Positions 8,301-11,749 of a stretch of 11,749 bases of DNA are shown in pieces. The position numbers and the translations under genes are program-made. How positions within the stretch are numbered: the stretch's first letter is position 1; each line of letters begins with the position of its first letter. Below the pieces are notes generated by a model. That model was given only the letters and a program-made list of their open reading frames with translations, was not told the DNA's origin and did not search any database. The stretch spans positions 1 through 11,749 of the forward strand of contig JBAXIL010000044.1 of assembly GCA_037138355.1 (NCBI GenBank). The letters are read 5' to 3'. Source of the stretch: a bacterium. Its GTDB lineage: Bacteria > Oederibacteriota > PGYV01 > Palsa-1178.

Positions 8301-8735
8301 CACTTTATTCTTGAGGATATGACTGAAAAAATACTAATAGTAGCACCTGAAAAAGTAATAAGAGAAAAAAATCAAAACTTTGAAGAAAATATGATGTTTT
8401 TAGTAAGAGGGAGAATAAGCTACTACAGTGACGCTCCTGTTATCTTTTTGGAAAGCTTAATCGCTATAGATGATGCCTACACAAAACTCGGAAAGTTTTT
8501 GCATATAAGATTGCGTGAAATAGGTATGGAAGAAATTACTTCTAAAGCAATTAATAACATTTTCTCCGCACACCCAGGTGATACAGTCGTTGTAATGCAT
8601 ATACTCACAAAAGACGGTAAAGAGGTTGAAGCAACTCTAACAGAAGAAGAGAAAGTCAAAGTCAATGAAAGTATTTTAATGCAGTTAGAGTCAATCGCTG
8701 GCGAGGAAAATGTATGGTTGAGTTGGAAAAAGTAA
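5322..8735 (+). CDS. dnaE: DNA polymerase III alpha subunit (DnaE1 type)
   Basis: PHP domain (HLHLHSKYSMLDG, AITDHG, TNDVHY), GPGRGSAAGSLV, FERFLNPDR..PPDIDMDF, KFDILGL, GVFQLES, YGFNKSHAAAY and clamp motif QFSLF (8034-8048). TTG start with GGAG at 5312-5315. Continuous ORF with no intein. Confidence 0.98.
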   Translation: MKHNFVHLHLHSKYSMLDGMCKFEDIIDNCKKHNMFSCAITDHGYMYGAVEFYTAMYYARLKPIIGLETYVVEDIKQKSREKNHLILLVKNEIGYKNLLKIATLAATDGFYYKPAVDKIFLAEHSEGLIALSACMQGEVPNKIINNDLDGAMIVAQQYNKMFGEGNFYLEMQNHGIPEELIMNKGLREISAKLSIPLTITNDVHYMNKDDARAQDLLMCIKTGKKLSETDRLSFKTNELYFKSHDEMVALFPEDETAITNTNEIAAKCHFELSINKKPHMPSYDTGGEKSYDDYLEEVVRIAFAKKFTEPTVELQQRLDHEIKTIKQLGFSGYFLIVRDIVEYALENKIPVGPGRGSAAGSLVSYVLGITGINPIKHGLLFERFLNPDRVSPPDIDMDFSDEGRDQIINFIVNKFGRDKVAQIVTFQQLKPKQAIKDVGRVLDIPLIKVNSLSKLVPDGPKITFKEVMQDELFKKFISTEQWTDEILDYAMKIEGMLRQDSTHAAGVVIAPTALTDYCPLAQPRDNDIDGIAALNFMTQYQMESLNAIGLIKFDILGLRNLQVIKRAIDTIHETRGEDVVFKEDDYSDPAVYEQLCAGNTMGVFQLESDGMRDLLKKIKPTAFEEIIAIISLFRPGPMKYIDDFIKRKKGLQEIKYDFPELEEVLKETYGIAVYQEQVMQIAVKIAGFTVAKADNLRRAMSKKKDMTKIKEDFIEGAKANNIPKEKAEDMFSKLNAFSQYGFNKSHAAAYAILAYQTAYLKTHYTGEYMAALLTSVMDKIDKTSFYIDDCRNIGIKVLPPDINKSEVVFSVEKNSIRFGLGAIKNVGIGAAEEIVKQRNEGGGYKDIFDFTRRVSARAITTKTLESLVKGGSFDYTYPNRAAVYASIDEAIRGAAGFQKDMAVGQFSLFETDRDDIQMPNTEEWPESNLLTYEREVLGTYVSSHPLTRYEKLLKNFTVSIKELKKRDESGNVIVGGIVHSFAKKINSKNEETLHFILEDMTEKILIVAPEKVIREKNQNFEENMMFLVRGRISYYSDAPVIFLESLIAIDDAYTKLGKFLHIRLREIGMEEITSKAINNIFSAHPGDTVVVMHILTKDGKEVEATLTEEEKVKVNESILMQLESIAGEENVWLSWKK

Positions 8736-9979
8736 TCAAAGTTTCCACACTATTTGGTATTCGATTATTTATATTATTTGTATTATTGCTGTCTTCATCT
8801 TGCGTTTCCATGGGAGACAGATACAGCGGTACGCAAAGAACAGTAACAATAACACATAACAACCTAAAAGCTAAGGACTTCGCAAAATACTCACCAACAG
8901 AAATCACAGGCAGAGCAGAAGAGAACGAAACAAATATATTTGTAAAAATACTACTCGAAAGAAGCAAAGATTCTATAACAGTTACAGGAAACGATATCAT
9001 AAAGACTGATGCGGCAGTTACTGAAATAACTCCAAAATTAGTTTTTACACCTGGAGCCGATGGTAATATAATTCTCAATGGAATTAATTCAACAAAAAAC
9101 AAAATAACGATTACCTGTCCAAGCGGTTTTCTTTCTAATAAAAATAAAACATATCGTGGAACTTTTTTGATATATTTATCAGCAGGCGAACTTTTATTAG
9201 TTAATCAGCTCATTCTTGATCAATATCTATACGGTGTATTGCCATGTGAAGTTTCTTCTAATTGGGAGAAAGAAGCACTAAAGGCCCAAGCAGTAGCAGC
9301 AAGAACTTTTGCCATATATAATCGACTTAACAATAAAACACCTGAGTACGATTTGGAAGCAGGAGTTGCCTCGCAGGTTTATAAGGGGCGTGATATTGAG
9401 GCAGGTCCGACCAATGATGCCATAAATGATACTGCAGGCGAGATTCTTGCATACGAAGATGGCATTATACAGGCATTTTTTCATTCTAATTCAGGTGGTA
9501 AAACAGCCTCCTCTGCGGAAGTATGGGGCAGCGACTATAAATATCTACAAAGTGTTGATGACCCATATAGTGCAAGCAGTAAAGGATATAAATGGAGCTA
9601 TGAACTCAGTGTCGAAAAATTTAACGCGCTTATGTTAAAAAGCAAGTTTATTATAGGATCAGTTGAAGAAATAACAATTATAGACAAAACCGAAAGCAAT
9701 AGAGTCAATACCTTAAAAGTTAAAGGTTCAACAGGAGAGATAGTAATTAAAGGCAAAGATTTGCGTGCCATAATCGGGAACGAACAGCTCAGATCAACAA
9801 ACTTTACTGTTTCAAAAGTTTCCGGAGGCTTTGCTTTTGAAGGTTTTGGTTGGGGACATGGTGTGGGCTTATCACAAGAAGGGGCGAGAGAAATGGCCAG
9901 ACTTGGTAGAACTTACAAAGAGATACTCCGGCATTATTATAAAGAAACTAAAATAAAAAAAGTTGAAATTAAAGAATAA
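8714..9979 (+). CDS. SpoIID/LytB domain protein (lytic transglycosylase family), probable lipoprotein
   Basis: YRG...VN...DQYLYGVLPCEV, EALKAQAVAARTFA, SQVYKG, FFHSNSGGKT, YLQSVDD, LRSTNF and G.GWGHGVGLSQEGA..MA..G..YKEILRHYY. The hydrophobic N-terminus ends in LSSSC. GAGG at 8703-8706 precedes the ATG. Overlaps dnaE by 22 nt. Confidence 0.93.
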   Translation: MVELEKVIKVSTLFGIRLFILFVLLLSSSCVSMGDRYSGTQRTVTITHNNLKAKDFAKYSPTEITGRAEENETNIFVKILLERSKDSITVTGNDIIKTDAAVTEITPKLVFTPGADGNIILNGINSTKNKITITCPSGFLSNKNKTYRGTFLIYLSAGELLLVNQLILDQYLYGVLPCEVSSNWEKEALKAQAVAARTFAIYNRLNNKTPEYDLEAGVASQVYKGRDIEAGPTNDAINDTAGEILAYEDGIIQAFFHSNSGGKTASSAEVWGSDYKYLQSVDDPYSASSKGYKWSYELSVEKFNALMLKSKFIIGSVEEITIIDKTESNRVNTLKVKGSTGEIVIKGKDLRAIIGNEQLRSTNFTVSKVSGGFAFEGFGWGHGVGLSQEGAREMARLGRTYKEILRHYYKETKIKKVEIKE

Positions 9980-9985
9980 TTACAA

Positions 9986-10014
9986 TTTACAAACAAAATT
10001 GCAACATATATAAT
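9986..10014 (+). promoter_or_regulatory. Near-consensus sigma70-type promoter for the MORN-repeat gene
   Basis: TTTACA (9986-9991), 17-bp spacer, TATAAT (10009-10014). Confidence 0.7.
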
Positions 10015-10058
10015 ATAAATAAGAACAAGGAAAGTAATATATATGATTGGAGAATTGC

Positions 10059-10598
10059 ATGATTGAACTCACAGCTAAAATGATTGCTAATGTACAAATT
10101 TTTTACAGAGAAAATAAAGAAATCGCAAGATGGTACTATAATAATGATGGCACAATCAAAAAAGATGGCAAAGCTGTTAATGGCATTGTCAGAATGTATA
10201 ATGAAGGTGGGTTACTCGCCTCCGAGATAAGTTATAAACATGACGCTTTAAACGGCAGGTATCTTTTACTTTCCGAACAAGGCAAAATCGAAGAAGAAGG
10301 TGCCTTTCTAAGTAATGAACTTCACGGTATTTGGAAACAATACAGTGAAACAGCCACCGTAAAAATACAAGGTGTTTTCAAAAACGGTAAAAGAAACGGT
10401 TCTTTTAAAATGTTCTATCCAAATGATTCTCTGCAAGAAGAAGAAACCTATGCCAACGGACAGCTGGAAGGTTCTGTGCGCGGCTATACCGAAAAAGGCA
10501 GTATTGAGACTGAAGCAAATTACAAAAAAGGTAAACTTGTCATGCTAAGACACTTTGATTCAAATGGGCAAATGACCAAAGAAGAGAAATACAAATAA
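10059..10598 (+). CDS. MORN-variant repeat protein (YwqK antitoxin-like family), 179 aa
   Basis: About 24-aa repeats of the form G.....Y...G.......Y.NG (e.g. RNGSFKMFYPNDSLQEEETYANGQLEG). I moved the start from the track's TTG at 10047 to ATG at 10059 because GGAG lies at 10049-10052. No signal peptide is evident. Confidence 0.85.
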   Translation: MIELTAKMIANVQIFYRENKEIARWYYNNDGTIKKDGKAVNGIVRMYNEGGLLASEISYKHDALNGRYLLLSEQGKIEEEGAFLSNELHGIWKQYSETATVKIQGVFKNGKRNGSFKMFYPNDSLQEEETYANGQLEGSVRGYTEKGSIETEANYKKGKLVMLRHFDSNGQMTKEEKYK

Positions 10599-10671
10599 AG
10601 TTCTAAGCATAATCCCCCCATTTTCTATATAATCTCAAGCTTTTCTTAAATAATTACTAAAACAAAGGCAA

Positions 10672-10716
10672 TTGCTTTTTATATGCAAAAAGACATATTT
10701 TATGTTATTATGTTAT
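10672..10716 (+). promoter_or_regulatory. Candidate promoter region for secA
   Basis: TTGCTT (10672-10677) with TATTTT 18 bp downstream, and an extended -10 TG-T-TATTAT (10703-10711). The register is ambiguous in this AT-rich DNA. Confidence 0.35.
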
Positions 10717-10754
10717 TCTAAATAGTATTCTACAATTGACCAAGGAGAACTAAA

Positions 10755-11749
10755 TTGCTTAATTTTATTAAAAAGATATTTGGAACCAGAGTTGACAGAG
10801 AAGTCAAAAAAATGCAAGTAATTGTTGACTTAATTAACAGTATGGAACCGGAGCTTGAAAAATTAACTGATGATGAGTTAAAAGCAAAGACACCTGAGTT
10901 CAAAAAACGCCTGGCAGATGGCGAGACTTTAGATGATTTACTACCAGCAGCTTTTGCCGTAGTTAGAGAAGTTTCAAAACGAGTAATGGGAATGCGCCAT
11001 TTTGATGTTCAGCTTATGGGCGGGATGGTTTTACATAATGGAAGGATTTCCGAAATGAAAACAGGCGAAGGAAAGACTCTCGTGGCTTCGCTACCAGTAT
11101 ATTTAAACGCCCTAACAGGTAGAGGCGTCCATGTTATAACAGTTAATGATTACTTAGCCGAACGCGACTCTTTAGGCAAAGGTAACTTCAAGGGTATGGG
11201 TAATATCTATAATTTTCTCGGTATGACAGTAGGTTGCATTAGAAACGGCACACAGACACAGGAAAGACAGTCCGCTTATGCCTCTGACATTACTTATGGA
11301 ACCAATAATGAATACGGTTTTGACTATTTAAGAGACAATATGGCTGTGTATCCTCAGGATAGAGTACAACGCGAATTGAACTTTGCCATTATAGACGAAG
11401 TCGACTCAATCCTTATAGACGAAGCCAGAACTCCACTTATCATTTCAGGACCTTCAGAAGAATCTACTGATCTTTATTTTACTATAGACCGGATTATACC
11501 AAAACTTTTTAAGGAAAAGGACTATCAGATTGACGAGAAATCACATACAGCATTTTTAACCGAAGAAGGCGTAACAAAATGTGAGTTATTACTTAATAAA
11601 CCTAACCTATACGACCCACAAAATATTGAAATCATTCACCATGTGAATCAGGCCTTGAAGGCACATACACTTTTCAAACTTGATAAAGATTATATTATCA
11701 AGGAGGGCAAGATTGTTATAGTAGACGAGTTCACAGGCAGATTAATGCC
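10755..11749 (+). CDS. secA: Preprotein translocase ATPase SecA (5' part, truncated by the window end; absent from the ORF track)
   Basis: Manual translation from TTG 10755 (SD AAGGAG 10742-10747): [10 protein letters not shown]...[11 protein letters not shown]...EMKTGEGKT (Walker A)...[11 protein letters not shown]...[19 protein letters not shown]...[21 protein letters not shown]...[10 protein letters not shown]. The frame is open to the end of the window. Confidence 0.98.
   Translation, partial: MLNFIKKIFGTRVDREVKKMQVIVDLINSMEPELEKLTDDELKAKTPEFKKRLADGETLDDLLPAAFAVVREVSKRVMGMRHFDVQLMGGMVLHNGRISEMKTGEGKTLVASLPVYLNALTGRGVHVITVNDYLAERDSLGKGNFKGMGNIYNFLGMTVGCIRNGTQTQERQSAYASDITYGTNNEYGFDYLRDNMAVYPQDRVQRELNFAIIDEVDSILIDEARTPLIISGPSEESTDLYFTIDRIIPKLFKEKDYQIDEKSHTAFLTEEGVTKCELLLNKPNLYDPQNIEIIHHVNQALKAHTLFKLDKDYIIKEGKIVIVDEFTGRLM

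Noticed and set aside
5322..8735. Possible intein, split gene or frameshift in dnaE
   Set aside because: The ORF is continuous, 1137 aa is a normal length, motifs are in the normal order, and no intein splice or LAGLIDADG motifs are seen.
2479..9638. Remaining short ORFs in the track (2479-2679, 2666-2869, 3372-3617, 3880-4176, 4586-4819, 7676-7906, 8477-8665, 8662-9102, 9278-9484, 9426-9638)
   Set aside because: All lie within confidently identified genes, on the opposite strand or in another frame, and show no family motifs.
10047..10058. TTG start at 10047 given by the ORF track for the MORN-repeat gene
   Set aside because: The SD-like GGAG (10049-10052) lies within this extension and is correctly spaced for ATG 10059.
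50..10598. GIY-YIG nuclease and YwqK-like protein as a toxin-antitoxin pair
   Set aside because: They are about 9.7 kb apart, separated by housekeeping genes and separate promoters, and nothing in the sequence links them.

Overview
AT-rich bacterial chromosomal window, with all real genes on the + strand and mostly housekeeping functions. The order is: a short stand-alone GIY-YIG nuclease gene; the conserved rho - rpmE (L31) - DUF1385 - prfA - prmC cluster; dnaE (Pol III alpha, no intein); a SpoIID/LytB-domain probable lipoprotein; a MORN-variant (YwqK-like) repeat protein; and the 5' part of secA, which the ORF track missed because it runs off the window. I see no CRISPR array, tRNA/rRNA, transposase, integrase or clear pseudogene. 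The best candidate for something undescribed is at the left edge: a GC-rich, strand-asymmetric hairpin (9-bp perfect stem, then two tandem G.A/A.G blocks) whose 3' arm runs into the ribosome-binding site of the GIY-YIG gene. It could be a REP/RAYT-like hairpin-plus-nuclease module, but it is cut by the window edge and present only once here. Smaller points are a ~170-nt structured rho leader, a ~6-aa insertion in SecA NBD1 and a complete PHP metal site in DnaE. All calls come from motif recognition by eye; no searches were run.
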